Assembly: GCA_965652295.1 (NCBI GenBank)
Contig: CBFGTS010000001.1
Span: 256,001 to 320,000 of the forward strand
Origin: an uncultured Haloferula sp.
Lineage (GTDB): Bacteria; Verrucomicrobiota; Verrucomicrobiia; Verrucomicrobiales; Akkermansiaceae
Length of the DNA stretch: 64,000 bases
Direction of reading: 5' to 3'
Part shown: positions 27,744 to 46,619 of the stretch, piece after piece
Layout of the letters: every line of letters begins with the position of its first letter
How positions within the stretch are numbered: the stretch's first letter is position 1
The notes under the pieces: generated by a model
What the model was told of the DNA's origin: nothing
Database searches by the model: none
The model's input: the letters and a program-made list of their open reading frames with translations, nothing else
Translations under genes and position numbers: made by a program

Positions 27744-28640
27744 ATGAACCTCTGGAGACGCGGCCTTGAGCTGGCGAAGCGATGGTTCGCCGCTTGGAGG
27801 GAGGCGGAAACGCTGATGCAGGCGGCGGCGATCGCGTTTTACGCGGCTTTGTCGCTGGTGCCGCTGCTGCTGTTCCTGCTCGCGGGGGTCGGCTGGTTCT
27901 TCGAGTTCGCGGCGCGGGGTCAGAGCGCGCGGGCAGAGGTGCTGGGGATCACCGCTCGACAGCTTTCGCCGGAGCTGAGCGAGGCGCTCGACCGGGTGCT
28001 GGCGAGCCTCCAGGCGAGCGCCCTCTCCAACGGGCCGATTGCCTTCGCCGGCTTCGTGCTCACGGCGTCGTTGGTGTTTCACCAGATTGACGTGGCCTTC
28101 GCGAGGATCTGGAAAACAGGGGAGCCGGTGCATCCTCCCGGCTGGTGGATGAAGGCGCGGTCCTTCGCCTTGGCGCGGCTGCGGGCGCTGGTCCTGCTGT
28201 TCGCGCTGGTGATGGTGATCGTGGCTGTCTTTGTGGGCGGGCTCGTGCTGCGCGGGATTTCCGAGGCTGCCGAGCGGTTTGTTCCCCACGTGGATTTTCT
28301 CTCATCGGCAGGCACGGTGGCGATCGGGATGGGGATCAACCTGATCGTCTTTTCCGCGCTCTACCGGTTTCTTTCGAAGCGGAAGGTGACCTGGCGGGCG
28401 TGCGGGATCGCTGCGGCGCTGGCGGCGGTGTGTTGGGAAATCGGCAGCCGGGCATTGGTCGATCTCTCTCTGGGCGCGAAGTACGATGCCTATGGAATGG
28501 TGGGCTCGGTACTGATCGTGCAGCTCTGGGTTTTCTACAACGCGGTGGTGCTGCTGAGCGGCGCGGTGCTGGTGAAGACCCTGACGGCGGCTCAGACCGA
28601 GGCGGCCAGCGAGGGGGCGGCTTCGAGGAAATCCGGGTAG
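27744..28640 (+). CDS. YihY/BrkB family membrane protein
   Basis: AAAIAFYAALSLVP, YDAYGMVGSV, LWVFYNA..LL.GA. Confidence 0.88.
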   Translation: MNLWRRGLELAKRWFAAWREAETLMQAAAIAFYAALSLVPLLLFLLAGVGWFFEFAARGQSARAEVLGITARQLSPELSEALDRVLASLQASALSNGPIAFAGFVLTASLVFHQIDVAFARIWKTGEPVHPPGWWMKARSFALARLRALVLLFALVMVIVAVFVGGLVLRGISEAAERFVPHVDFLSSAGTVAIGMGINLIVFSALYRFLSKRKVTWRACGIAAALAAVCWEIGSRALVDLSLGAKYDAYGMVGSVLIVQLWVFYNAVVLLSGAVLVKTLTAAQTEAASEGAASRKSG

Positions 28641-29431
28641 GCGGGTTTCCAGCCGGAGGCGAGGAGGCGGGCGTTGCTCACGCGTTTGTGGGTCCAGCCG
28701 CGCTTGCGATGGGGATCCCGCGGGACAAAAGGAGGCAGGGGCTTGCCGAAAAGCTCCGCGAGCCCCTGATAGGTGTGGAGCTGGCTGCGGGGAAAGGAGT
28801 CGCTGACATTCCAGATGCCGGAGGCCAGCGGCCGCGTGGCGGCGTGCAGCATGGCGTTGGCGGCGTCGTCGCGGTGGATCTGGTTCACGAAACGGCGGCC
28901 GTCGTCTTCGATGCCGGCCCCGCCGTTCAGGAACTTTCTCAAAAGATAACTACGATGGGGGCCGTAGAGGCCGGCGAGGCGGAAAACGATGCCGTGGTGG
29001 GCGAGGACGAGATCCTCGGTTTCGCGGAGCACCCGGCCCGTCTCGCGGTCGGGCTCGGCCGGGCTTTCTTCGGTGACCGTCGAACCATCGGTCTGGGCGT
29101 AGACGGAGGTCGAGGAGGTGAAGAGGAGCGGGGGCCCGGGAAAGTGATCGAGAAGGTGGCGGCAGCCATCGAGGAAGACCGAGCGGTAGGCCCCGGCACC
29201 GCCGCCGCCGGAGGACGCGCAGTGGATGACGAAATCGGGTGCGGGGATGCTGGAGGCGAGGTCGGCGATGCTTTCGGCCGAGGCGAGGTCGGCGGTGAGT
29301 TCGGTGGCACCGTTCTCCGACGGCAGCGAAAGACTGCGGGAGACGGCGGTGACCTGCCAGCCGGCGGCGAGGAAATCCCGCGAGACCGCCTGGCCGAGGT
29401 AACCGTGGCCGCAGAGGAGGAGGTGTTTCAT
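28592..29431 (-). CDS. NAD-dependent epimerase/atypical SDR
   Basis: GHGYLG Rossmann motif, SSTSVY, RLAGLYGP, IHRDDAA. Confidence 0.85.
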   Translation of the reverse strand: MKHLLLCGHGYLGQAVSRDFLAAGWQVTAVSRSLSLPSENGATELTADLASAESIADLASSIPAPDFVIHCASSGGGGAGAYRSVFLDGCRHLLDHFPGPPLLFTSSTSVYAQTDGSTVTEESPAEPDRETGRVLRETEDLVLAHHGIVFRLAGLYGPHRSYLLRKFLNGGAGIEDDGRRFVNQIHRDDAANAMLHAATRPLASGIWNVSDSFPRSQLHTYQGLAELFGKPLPPFVPRDPHRKRGWTHKRVSNARLLASGWKPAYPDFLEAAPSLAASV

Positions 29432-29432
29432 A

Positions 29433-30731
29433 TCAGTCGGTGGCGGGCGGCCGGGCGGCGCGGTAGTAACGTTCCAGTCCGAGTGCCACGGCGCGGGCGT
29501 ATTCGCGGAAGATCGAGGGGCGCTGTTTTCCCGCCACTTCGCGCAGGCCTTCGTAGTCGCCGGCCTGGATGCGGGCGTAATCTTCCTCTGAGTTCATCAC
29601 GTAGGGTTCCAGATACACCACCGGTGCTTCGTAGAGGCGATTGGCCAGAAGATTACGACCCCAGAGGTAAGGATTGCCGGCGACGTTGACGGCCCGGTTC
29701 GAGTTGGTTTCGTAAAAGAACGGCGGCAGGTCGGTCAGCTCGGTGAAGGCCTTGATGACACTCAGGCTCGCCGCGGTTTCCTCCGCATGGCTGCCATCGA
29801 GGATGTGGCGGGCGATTTGGAACCGTTGGTCGGCCAAAGTGATTTCGGTGGACGTGTAGGCTCCGTTGACGAGCAGGTGGAGGTGGTTTCCGGAAACCAG
29901 GGTGGGTGCGGCGGGATCGCCCCAGGGCTCGGCGTTGAAGTGAATGCAGACGACGAGGTCCGGCCGGATCTCGGTGTTGATTTTGGTGGCGCGGGCGTGG
30001 ATTTCCGCCGTGCGGTAGAACAAGCGCTCGGCGAGCTGGGTGGGGGTTTCCAGAACGGAAACGGCGGCTTCGTCGAGAAAGGAGCCGGGCCGGTAACGGG
30101 TGACGGGTTGGTTGCTTTCCCGCACCATGCTGACCTCGGCACCGAGGGCTTCGAGCATCGGCCGCAGCAGCCGGGCGACGTGCAGGGTCATGTCGCCCTC
30201 GGCCACGGGCGGATCGTCGCCGATGCGGAACCAGCGTTCTTCGACCTGCGCCCAGCGCCCGCCGATGTGGCCGGGGTCGAGAGCGACGTGGAGGCCTTCG
30301 AGCGGTTGTGCGGTGGGAGCCGGGCCGAGTTGTGAGGCGGAACGCCACGCCCGGGGGGGCACCACGGGGGTGGTGGAAAAACGCAGATGGTAGGGGCGGT
30401 TGGGGACGCCGGTCTGGATGAGAGCGTCATTTTTCCCGAGCAGGAACCACTCGCGCCAGCCGCGGGAGGTTGTGAAAACCTCGTCGATGAGGCGCACGAA
30501 GTCATCCTTGGGGAGGGTGCTTTGAAAGGAATCAAGACGGCTCCAGTCCGGGGGTTCGGCCAGTTCCGAGAGCCGGAGACCGGGTTCGGACAAGGGGGTG
30601 GGCGACTCCGTTTCCACCGCAGCGGGCGGCGGCGTGGAGGGCGGTGCGGGGGCTCTCCATTTCCACAGCACCACGGCGGCGGCGAGCGCGCCGAGCAGCA
30701 TCAGCGGGAAGGAGGATCGTCGGCCCTTCAT
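29433..30731 (-). CDS. N-acetylmuramoyl-L-alanine amidase-like (Amidase_3) membrane-anchored protein
   Basis: N-terminal TM; LDPGH, E(GD), IHFNA and LEP Zn/catalytic residues. Confidence 0.7.
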   Translation of the reverse strand: MKGRRSSFPLMLLGALAAAVVLWKWRAPAPPSTPPPAAVETESPTPLSEPGLRLSELAEPPDWSRLDSFQSTLPKDDFVRLIDEVFTTSRGWREWFLLGKNDALIQTGVPNRPYHLRFSTTPVVPPRAWRSASQLGPAPTAQPLEGLHVALDPGHIGGRWAQVEERWFRIGDDPPVAEGDMTLHVARLLRPMLEALGAEVSMVRESNQPVTRYRPGSFLDEAAVSVLETPTQLAERLFYRTAEIHARATKINTEIRPDLVVCIHFNAEPWGDPAAPTLVSGNHLHLLVNGAYTSTEITLADQRFQIARHILDGSHAEETAASLSVIKAFTELTDLPPFFYETNSNRAVNVAGNPYLWGRNLLANRLYEAPVVYLEPYVMNSEEDYARIQAGDYEGLREVAGKQRPSIFREYARAVALGLERYYRAARPPATD

Positions 30732-30785
30732 GGATTTTACTTGGCGGGCATAGGACGGCGGGGTGCGATGGCAGGCAAGCGGAAC

Positions 30786-31598
30786 ATGAACTCCTTGCGC
30801 ATTCTTTTCCTAGGCGATGTGGTCGGCGAGCCCGGACGGTCGGCCGTGATCCGTCACCTGCCCGGCTTGAAAAAGGAACTCGGCATCGGCTTTGCGATCG
30901 TCAATGGCGAGAATGCCGCGGGCGGCCGCGGGATCACGCCGAAGCTGAGCATCGACCTGCTGCGTGCCGGTGCGGCGGTGGTGACCACCGGCGACCACGT
31001 GTGGGACCAGAAGGAGATCGTCGATTACTTCCCCACCGAGCCCCGCCTGTTGCGCCCGCTCAACTACCCGGAAGGCACGCCCGGAGCGGGCTCGGTCGTT
31101 CTGGAAACAGCCGCGGGCAAGGTGGCCGTGCTCCAGGCCCAGGGGCGGACTTTCATGCAGCCGCCGCTGGAGAACCCGTTTCTTGCGCTCGATGAGGCGA
31201 TCGAAGGCCTCCGGACCGACGGGGTGAGGATGATCTTCGTCGATTTCCATGCCGAGACTACCAGCGAGAAAATCGCCATGGGCCGTGCGCTTGATGGCAG
31301 AGCCTCGGTCGTGGTGGGAACCCACACCCACGTCCAGACCGCCGACGAGCGGATTTTCCCGGGCGGGACGGGGTTTCTGACCGATGCCGGGATGTGCGGC
31401 CCGGACGACAGCGTGCTCGGGCGCTCGATCGAATCCGTCGTCTGGAGGTTCCGCGCGAGCATGCCGACCCGCTTTCCCATTGCCGACGGCCCGGTCCGGT
31501 TGTGCGGCGTGATCGCCGACCTTGATCCCGAGAGCGGGCGTTGCGTGGCGATCGAAAGGTTTCAGCGGGTGGTTTCAGAGGCCTCCGAGACAAGCTGA
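30786..31598 (+). CDS. YmdB/TIGR00282 metallophosphoesterase
   Basis: GDVVG, NGEN, TGDHVWD, DFHAETTSEK, GTHTHV, TDAGMCG. Confidence 0.92.
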   Translation: MNSLRILFLGDVVGEPGRSAVIRHLPGLKKELGIGFAIVNGENAAGGRGITPKLSIDLLRAGAAVVTTGDHVWDQKEIVDYFPTEPRLLRPLNYPEGTPGAGSVVLETAAGKVAVLQAQGRTFMQPPLENPFLALDEAIEGLRTDGVRMIFVDFHAETTSEKIAMGRALDGRASVVVGTHTHVQTADERIFPGGTGFLTDAGMCGPDDSVLGRSIESVVWRFRASMPTRFPIADGPVRLCGVIADLDPESGRCVAIERFQRVVSEASETS

Positions 31599-31674
31599 GG
31601 CAGCCTCCGGAATCCTTGAAAAATCAAGGCTTCCGGCCTCTTCGCCAGAAATATATTTTCACCCCATATTTTTT

Positions 31675-31710
31675 TTGACAGGGTGGTCGGCTCTGTTAAC
31701 GTCCGCCCCG
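31675..31710 (+). promoter_or_regulatory. Sigma70 promoter of the tRNA-Thr-tuf operon
   Basis: TTGACA-16 nt-TAACGT with extended TG, upstream T-tract and GC-rich discriminator CCGCCCCG. Confidence 0.65.
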
Positions 31711-31817
31711 CTCTTCCGGGGGGGTCACCACGGAAGCCGCTTTTCGTCGGGTTCCGCAAGGTTCCAGGCTGAGGTGGCGGAGGTGATGACCCCGAAGGAT
31801 AAGCAATCAGCCGAATC

Positions 31818-31892
31818 GCTTGTGTAGCTCAGGGGTAGAGCACACCCTTGGTAAGGGTGAGGTCGTGGGTTCAATTCCCACCACAAGCTCCA
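31818..31892 (+). tRNA. tRNA-Thr (GGT)
   Basis: Acceptor GCTTGTG/CACAAGC, anticodon arm CACCC-TTGGTAA-GGGTG, TTCAA T-loop, encoded CCA. Confidence 0.97.
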
Positions 31893-31936
31893 TCGGTTTC
31901 CACTTCATCAGCAGTCCAACGCGAACCACCACCATC

Positions 31937-33121
<1,185 letters not shown>

Positions 33122-33247
33122 GACCTCTTCATGGTATCAGGTTCGCCGCCCCGCGCGGCGCACCTGATCCCGGATCTTACGGGGCACCTTGGATCGTCGA
33201 TCCGGGGTGCCCCGGCATCGCCTCCATCCACCAGCATTTTTCCCAAC

Positions 33248-33323
33248 ACGGTAGTAGCTCAATTGGTAGAGCATCGGTCTCCAAAACCGAGGGTTGGGGG
33301 TTCAAGTCCCTCCTGCCGTGCCA
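33248..33323 (+). tRNA. tRNA-Trp (CCA)
   Basis: Acceptor ACGGTAG/CTGCCGT, anticodon arm TCGGT-CTCCAAA-ACCGA, encoded CCA. Confidence 0.97.
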
Positions 33324-33353
33324 TCCTTTTCCTGATTTCGACTTCGATTCGCC

Positions 33354-33581
33354 ATGTTTTCCAAGATCTCCAGATTCATCGGTGAAGTGAAGAACGAGCT
33401 CCGCAAAGCCAGCTGGCCTTGGGAGTCCGATCCGAAAATCAAAGGGTTCCGCAAATACAAGGAACTCGTGGATTCCACCGTGGTGGTGCTGATCGCCACC
33501 ATCCTCCTGGCCGGTTTCGTGTCCCTCTGGGACATCATCCATACCCAGGTGATCTTTTTCCTGACCTCGCTCGGCCGCTGA
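33354..33581 (+). CDS. secE: Preprotein translocase SecE
   Basis: ELRKASWP followed by one TM; position between tRNA-Trp and nusG. Confidence 0.93.
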   Translation: MFSKISRFIGEVKNELRKASWPWESDPKIKGFRKYKELVDSTVVVLIATILLAGFVSLWDIIHTQVIFFLTSLGR

Positions 33582-33624
33582 CGGACTCCTTTCGTCTTCT
33601 CTGAGAACCTTTTTCCCACCCATC

Positions 33625-34194
33625 ATGCCCGTCATCCCGCCAGCCGAAAAGCAATGGTATGTCGTCCACGTTCTCTCCGGCCAGGAGCAGAAGGTGCGTG
33701 ACCGCATCCTGCGCCAGGCCGAGGCCGAAGAGCTCGGCGACTGCATCTACGAGGTCCTGGTCCCCATGGAAATGGTCTCCGAAGTCCGCAAGGGCAAGAA
33801 GACCGAGAGCAAGCGCAAGTTCTTCCCGGGCTACATCATCGTCAACATGAGCCTCCTCACGGAGGACAACCAGCTCGTCGAGAAGACCTGGTATTTCATC
33901 AAGGAGATGGAAGGCGTGATCGGTTTCGCCGGCACCAAGGACCGTCCGATCCCGATGCGTCAGCGCGAGGTCGACGCCGTGCTTTCCCAAATCAAGGAGC
34001 GCGAGGAAAGCGCCCGCCCCGCCATCACCTTCGAGGTGGGCGATACGGTGAAGGTTGCCGATGGCCCGTTCGAAAGCCAGAGCGGCGTGGTCGAGGAAAT
34101 CGACCTCGAAAAGGGCAAGCTCCGCGTCTCCGTCACCATCTTCGGCCGCGCGACGCCGGTCGAACTCGAGTTCTGGCAGGTCGAAAAGGCCTGA
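33625..34194 (+). CDS. nusG: Transcription factor NusG
   Basis: WYVVHVLSGQE, FFPGY, KOW motif, IFGRATPVEL. Confidence 0.97.
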   Translation: MPVIPPAEKQWYVVHVLSGQEQKVRDRILRQAEAEELGDCIYEVLVPMEMVSEVRKGKKTESKRKFFPGYIIVNMSLLTEDNQLVEKTWYFIKEMEGVIGFAGTKDRPIPMRQREVDAVLSQIKEREESARPAITFEVGDTVKVADGPFESQSGVVEEIDLEKGKLRVSVTIFGRATPVELEFWQVEKA

Positions 34195-34236
34195 GTCGCC
34201 ACCGTTTTCATACCAACCATCTAGCATCCCACCATC

Positions 34237-34665
34237 ATGGCCAAGGAAGTTACCCACATCATCAAGCTCCAGATCCCGGCTGGAGCCGCCAACCCGTCCC
34301 CGCCCGTGGGTCCCGCCCTCGGTCAGGCCGGCGTCAACATCATGGGCTTCTGCAAGGAGTTCAACGCCGCCACCCAGAGCCAGGCCGGAGACGTCCTGCC
34401 GGTGGTGATCACCGTCTTCAAGGACAAGAGCTTCACCTTCATCACCAAAAAGCCGCCGGCAGCGAACCTTCTCAAGAAGGCCGCCGGCATCGCTTCCGGA
34501 TCGGGTGAGCCGAACAAGAAGAAGATCGGCACCATCACCAAGGCCAAGCTCATGGAAGTGGTCGAGACCAAGATGCCCGACCTCAACACCAACGATCCCG
34601 AGCGGGCCGCGCGCATCCTCGCCGGCACCGCCCGCCAGATGGGCCTCGAGATCGAGGGAATGTAA
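34237..34665 (+). CDS. rplK: 50S ribosomal protein L11
   Basis: [27 protein letters not shown]. Confidence 0.98.
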   Translation: MAKEVTHIIKLQIPAGAANPSPPVGPALGQAGVNIMGFCKEFNAATQSQAGDVLPVVITVFKDKSFTFITKKPPAANLLKKAAGIASGSGEPNKKKIGTITKAKLMEVVETKMPDLNTNDPERAARILAGTARQMGLEIEGM

Positions 34666-34703
34666 GCCTTTCCGCCCCGGCTCCGGCCGGGGCACCAAAA
34701 ACC

Positions 34704-34744
34704 GCAGGAGGAGCCCGCGCAAAGGCGGGACCCGATCGCACTGC
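34704..34744 (+). promoter_or_regulatory. Putative L1 autoregulatory RNA site between rplK and rplA
   Basis: GCAG-GAGG...CCCGC-GCAAAG-GCGGG...A-CTGC stem with asymmetric GGAG loop resembling L1-binding sites. Confidence 0.45.
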
Positions 34745-34755
34745 TCCAACACGAC

Positions 34756-35457
34756 ATGTCCAAACACCGCAGCAAACGCTACCAGAAGGCCGCCGCCCTC
34801 GTTGAGGCCGGCAAGTCCTACGCGCTGGAAGACGCCGTCGGCACCGTGAAGAAATTCCCGGCACCGAAGTTCGATCCCACCGTGACCGTTTCCTTCCACC
34901 TCGGCGTGGATCCCCGCAAGTCCGACCAGATGGTCCGTGGCTCCGTTTCCCTGCCCCACGGCACGGGTAAGAACGTCCGCGTCGCCGTCTTCGCCGCCGG
35001 TGCCGCCGCCGAGGCCGCCAAGGCCGCCGGTGCCGAACACGTCGGCTACGAGGACCTCATCAAGCAGGTCCAGGGTGGATTCACCGACTTTGACGTCGCC
35101 ATCGCCACTCCGGAGGCCATGACCGAAGTCCGCAAGATCGCCCGGGTGCTGGGTCCCCGCGGCCTCATGCCGAACCCGAAGACCGGCACCGTGACCGATG
35201 ACACCGCCAAGGCCGTCAACGAAGTCAAGGCCGGCCGGATCGACTACAAGCTCGACAAGAACGGCAACGTCTCCGGCGCGATCGGCAAGACCTCCTTCGA
35301 GCAAAGCGCGCTGCTTGAGAATGCCCAGGCCTTCATCGACAGCGTCCTGCGCGCCAAGCCTCCCGGTGCCAAAGGCAACTACGTCCAGAGCGTGACCCTC
35401 GCCGCCGCCATGTGCCCCGGCGTGCCGGTCGAGTCCTCCGTTTACACCAAGAACTGA
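34756..35457 (+). CDS. rplA: 50S ribosomal protein L1
   Basis: LGVDPRKSDQMVRG, LPHGTGK, LGPRGLMPNPKTGTV. Confidence 0.98.
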   Translation: MSKHRSKRYQKAAALVEAGKSYALEDAVGTVKKFPAPKFDPTVTVSFHLGVDPRKSDQMVRGSVSLPHGTGKNVRVAVFAAGAAAEAAKAAGAEHVGYEDLIKQVQGGFTDFDVAIATPEAMTEVRKIARVLGPRGLMPNPKTGTVTDDTAKAVNEVKAGRIDYKLDKNGNVSGAIGKTSFEQSALLENAQAFIDSVLRAKPPGAKGNYVQSVTLAAAMCPGVPVESSVYTKN

Positions 35458-35468
35458 GCCCACCCGCC

Positions 35469-35981
35469 ATGAATCCTGACAAAAAGATCATCATTGACGA
35501 GCTGCTCGAGCGGGTGAACTCCTCGCCCTTCGTGCTGGTGGTGGAATACACCGGCATGACCGTCCCGCAGTTCTCCGAGCTCCGCAACCGCCTCGCCGCC
35601 ACCGGCGCCGAGTGCCACGTGGCCAAGAACACCTACATGAAGAAGGCGCTCGCCGAAGCGGGTCTTCCGGACACCGGCGACAGCCTTGTCGGCCAGACCG
35701 CCTTCATCACTGGCGAGTCCGACGTGGCCGCCGCCGCCAAGGTGCTCAAGACCTTCGAAAAGGAATTCCAGAAGCCGGCCATCAAGCTGGGCATCCTCGA
35801 CGGCGACCTGCTGGACGAGGCCCAGGTCAAGGCCATCGCCGAACTTCCTTCCCGCGAGGTCCTGCTTGCCACCCTGCTCGGCGTCATCAACGCCCCGGCG
35901 ACCAAGCTGGTCCGCACCCTCAACGAGCCCGGCGCATCGCTGGCTCGCGTCATTCAAGCAAAATTCAACCCCGAGGGCTGA
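35469..35981 (+). CDS. rplJ: 50S ribosomal protein L10
   Basis: YTGMTV, ELR, VAKNT, LPSREVLLA. Confidence 0.96.
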   Translation: MNPDKKIIIDELLERVNSSPFVLVVEYTGMTVPQFSELRNRLAATGAECHVAKNTYMKKALAEAGLPDTGDSLVGQTAFITGESDVAAAAKVLKTFEKEFQKPAIKLGILDGDLLDEAQVKAIAELPSREVLLATLLGVINAPATKLVRTLNEPGASLARVIQAKFNPEG

Positions 35982-36119
35982 ATCTAGACAATCTGAACGG
36001 ACGGCGTCGCCTCTCCAGGCGGCGCCCGAACTCACAATGGTTCCTCGTCGGTCCCGGAGCTCCGGGACTCAAATATCGGGATGCTTCCCGGTGCGACGAT
36101 ACCGCAAAGGAGAAATACA

Positions 36120-36497
36120 ATGGCTGATATCGCTGCAATTGCTGAAGAACTGGGCAAGCTCACCGTCTTGGAAGCTGCCGAACTCGTGAAGAAACTGGAA
36201 GAAGAGTGGGGCGTTTCCGCCGCCGCTCCCGTCGCTGCCGCCGCGGCTCCCGCCGCCGGTCCTGCCGAAGCTGCTGAAGAGAAGACCGACTTCGACGTCG
36301 TTCTTACCGAAGCAGGCGGCAACAAGATCGCCGTCATTAAAGCGGTGCGCGAAGTGGTTTCGGGTCTCGGCCTCGCCGACGCCAAGAAGCTCGTCGAAAG
36401 CACTCCGGCCACCCTTCTCGAGGGTGCCCCGAAGGACGCTGCCGACGCTGCCAAGAAGAAACTCGAAGAAGCCGGCGCCAAGATCGAGCTCAAGTAA
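36120..36497 (+). CDS. rplL: 50S ribosomal protein L7/L12
   Basis: [45 protein letters not shown]. Confidence 0.98.
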   Translation: MADIAAIAEELGKLTVLEAAELVKKLEEEWGVSAAAPVAAAAAPAAGPAEAAEEKTDFDVVLTEAGGNKIAVIKAVREVVSGLGLADAKKLVESTPATLLEGAPKDAADAAKKKLEEAGAKIELK

Positions 36498-36512
36498 GAC
36501 CCTCGGTTTTAC

Positions 36513-36547
36513 GAAATCCGGAGTCGCCCCGTGCGGCTCCGGATTTC
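36513..36547 (+). other. Strong hairpin between rplL and rpoB (possible attenuator or processing/stability element)
   Basis: GAAATCCGGAGTCGC-CCCGT-GCGGCTCCGGATTTC; no long U-tract. Confidence 0.5.
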
Positions 36548-36701
36548 CCGGCTCCGGAACCGGCGCGAAACGTCCACCCATCCCATCCCAAGACCTTTCC
36601 CGCCGATCCCGGATTCCCGCTCCAAATCCTGATCCAAATCTTTCGCCCGGCCGAGCCTTCGGCCCGGGCTTAAACCGCACCCCGCAAACACTACAGACAT
36701 C

Positions 36702-40652
<3,951 letters not shown>

Positions 40653-40685
40653 TCCAGCACCACCCACTACGACCCATTTATTATC

Positions 40686-44843
<4,158 letters not shown>

Positions 44844-44859
44844 TCCTCAACATCCTTCC

Positions 44860-44893
44860 AAGCCGGCCCCGCCACCGCGGGGCCGGCTTTTTT
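44860..44893 (+). terminator. Intrinsic terminator after rpoC
   Basis: GCCGGCCCCGC-CACC-GCGGGGCCGGC followed by TTTTTT. Confidence 0.9.
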
Positions 44894-44957
44894 GTTCGAA
44901 CGCTGCCGACAAGCTCCGGGTTTGACTCTCTCAGGGCCGATGGGCAGAACATGGAGC

Positions 44958-45527
44958 ATGAAGGCGTGTGTATTTCTTGGGGTGGCGATGCTGGGACTGA
45001 CCGGGTGCAGGGAATCCAAGCAAGCGCCTGCAACCGATGAGCCCCCGCCGCGTCCGCGAGCTGACACCGGGAGCGGCGTCTCCATGAACGACCATGCTCC
45101 GGAAGCCGATGAAGCCGCGGCTTCGCCAAAAATGAAAGTCCGCCCGGAAAAGCCTGCCGGACCTCAGAGGGCGAAGCCGGTTGCGGGCAAACCCGATCAC
45201 GTGATCAGCCCTGGTTCCGGCAAGGAGGTCTTCGTCGGAGGACTACCTGCGGGAACGTTGATGCGGGACCCGGATTTCCCCGAGGATGAAAGCCTGTTCT
45301 TCGTGGTGCCGGAGGTGGAGGGCGAAGAAGGGAGGCCGCCGATCGCCCGGAAGGCTCCCGGAAAGCCCGGATTCGCCTTCAGCCCGTTCAACAACAAGCT
45401 CATCGATGTGACCGGCATTCCTCCCGGGATCTTGGTTCAGGACCCGACTTTTCCCGCCGAGGAGAAGAAGCTTTTCCGCATTCCTGTCGCGGCAGAGCTG
45501 ATCGTCGAGCGGCCCCCCGGGCAGTGA
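44958..45527 (+). CDS. Hypothetical lipoprotein with two ~50-aa internal repeats
   Basis: Lipobox LTGC; repeated GKP...SP...G.P.G.L..DP.FP...F..P. Confidence 0.7.
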   Translation: MKACVFLGVAMLGLTGCRESKQAPATDEPPPRPRADTGSGVSMNDHAPEADEAAASPKMKVRPEKPAGPQRAKPVAGKPDHVISPGSGKEVFVGGLPAGTLMRDPDFPEDESLFFVVPEVEGEEGRPPIARKAPGKPGFAFSPFNNKLIDVTGIPPGILVQDPTFPAEEKKLFRIPVAAELIVERPPGQ

Positions 45528-45707
45528 TGTGGCTCCGCCGTTCATTGCCGGGCACCTCATCCGGTTCCCGGCACGCTCGATCCCTGGCTTGAACTCCTTT
45601 TGGTGGGCTCCTCGTCCGGTGGGCGAAAGCTTGACATTTTTTGCGGAACGGATCGATTCCTCACTCTGTAAAAGAGGTGACTGCTACCTCGCCTCCCGCT
45701 CACTACC

Positions 45708-46196
45708 ATGAAATCAAATCACTTTGTCGCAGGGCTTCTTTTGTCGGCCGGTTTGGCCTTCGCCGAGGATCAGACGATCAACTATCCGGCGGACGAGCCA
45801 ATTTTTGCGATCACCTTCCCGGAGAAATGGAAGGTGGAGGCGGAGGAAAGCGTGTCCGCCTCCTCGCCTGACGAAGAGGTGAATATGGAACTCATCGCGC
45901 TGGAGGCGGAGGCGCTGGATGAGGCACTGAATCTGGCCAAGGAGTCTCTTGTGGAGGAACTTGAGGGTATCAAATGGAACGGCAAACCCGAGAAGGGCGA
46001 ACTGAACGGCATGGCGGCGTCGTTCCTCAATGCAAAGGTGAAGATCGAGGACATCGAGTTCGCCGTGAATTGCGCTGTTTTCGCGCCCGAGGGGGCGGAC
46101 ACCTTCTTCATGTTGTTCAACATGCTTCCCATGGAATCGCTCGAAAAACATGGCGAGGACGTGGCGAAGATCCTGAATTCCGTGGAAGCCAAGTAG
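45708..46196 (+). CDS. Secreted acidic hypothetical protein
   Basis: Signal peptide ending AFA; coherent codon bias; TTGACA upstream. Confidence 0.7.
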   Translation: MKSNHFVAGLLLSAGLAFAEDQTINYPADEPIFAITFPEKWKVEAEESVSASSPDEEVNMELIALEAEALDEALNLAKESLVEELEGIKWNGKPEKGELNGMAASFLNAKVKIEDIEFAVNCAVFAPEGADTFFMLFNMLPMESLEKHGEDVAKILNSVEAK

Positions 46197-46220
46197 CCGG
46201 GGAAAGCTGCGGGCGGCAAG

Positions 46221-46619
46221 ATGCCCCAAGAACCGTCATTGCGTGACCATGGCAGCGGGCGATCCGTGCTGCTTGCCTTGTCGGGCGGCACGTTCATCGC
46301 CCTGTGGCTGGTGCTGTCCCTCGTGTGGTTCGCGCTGTCGATGATGGGGGGCTTGATGGCGAATGATGCCGGTCACGCATCCGCTGATCGGCACGTGGCG
46401 CTGATCGGAGGCGTGTTGGCAGGCCAAGTGGGCACCACGCTGGCCGGAGTATTCGGCGGGATGGCCTTTTTCTATCGATCGCGGCGGCGGCGGATGGTGC
46501 TGCTTTTCCTCGTCCTTCTGGTGGCTGGCGTGCTCGCCCAGCTTCTTTCGTTCCAGGCGTTTTTCGCGGCTCCTTCGGGGGGAACCGCGGGCGCGTCTGC
46601 GGTCATTCGGCCATTCTGA
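46221..46619 (+). CDS. Hypothetical membrane protein
   Basis: Three hydrophobic segments. Confidence 0.6.
   Translation: MPQEPSLRDHGSGRSVLLALSGGTFIALWLVLSLVWFALSMMGGLMANDAGHASADRHVALIGGVLAGQVGTTLAGVFGGMAFFYRSRRRRMVLLFLVLLVAGVLAQLLSFQAFFAAPSGGTAGASAVIRPF

Noticed and set aside
31711..31798. SRP (4.5S) RNA
   Set aside because: Hairpin size and GNRA loop fit, but the conserved CAGG/AGCA symmetric loop is absent.
31820..31936. N-terminal extension of EF-Tu in the ORF track
   Set aside because: It reads through the tRNA-Thr gene; the true start is MAKE at 31937.
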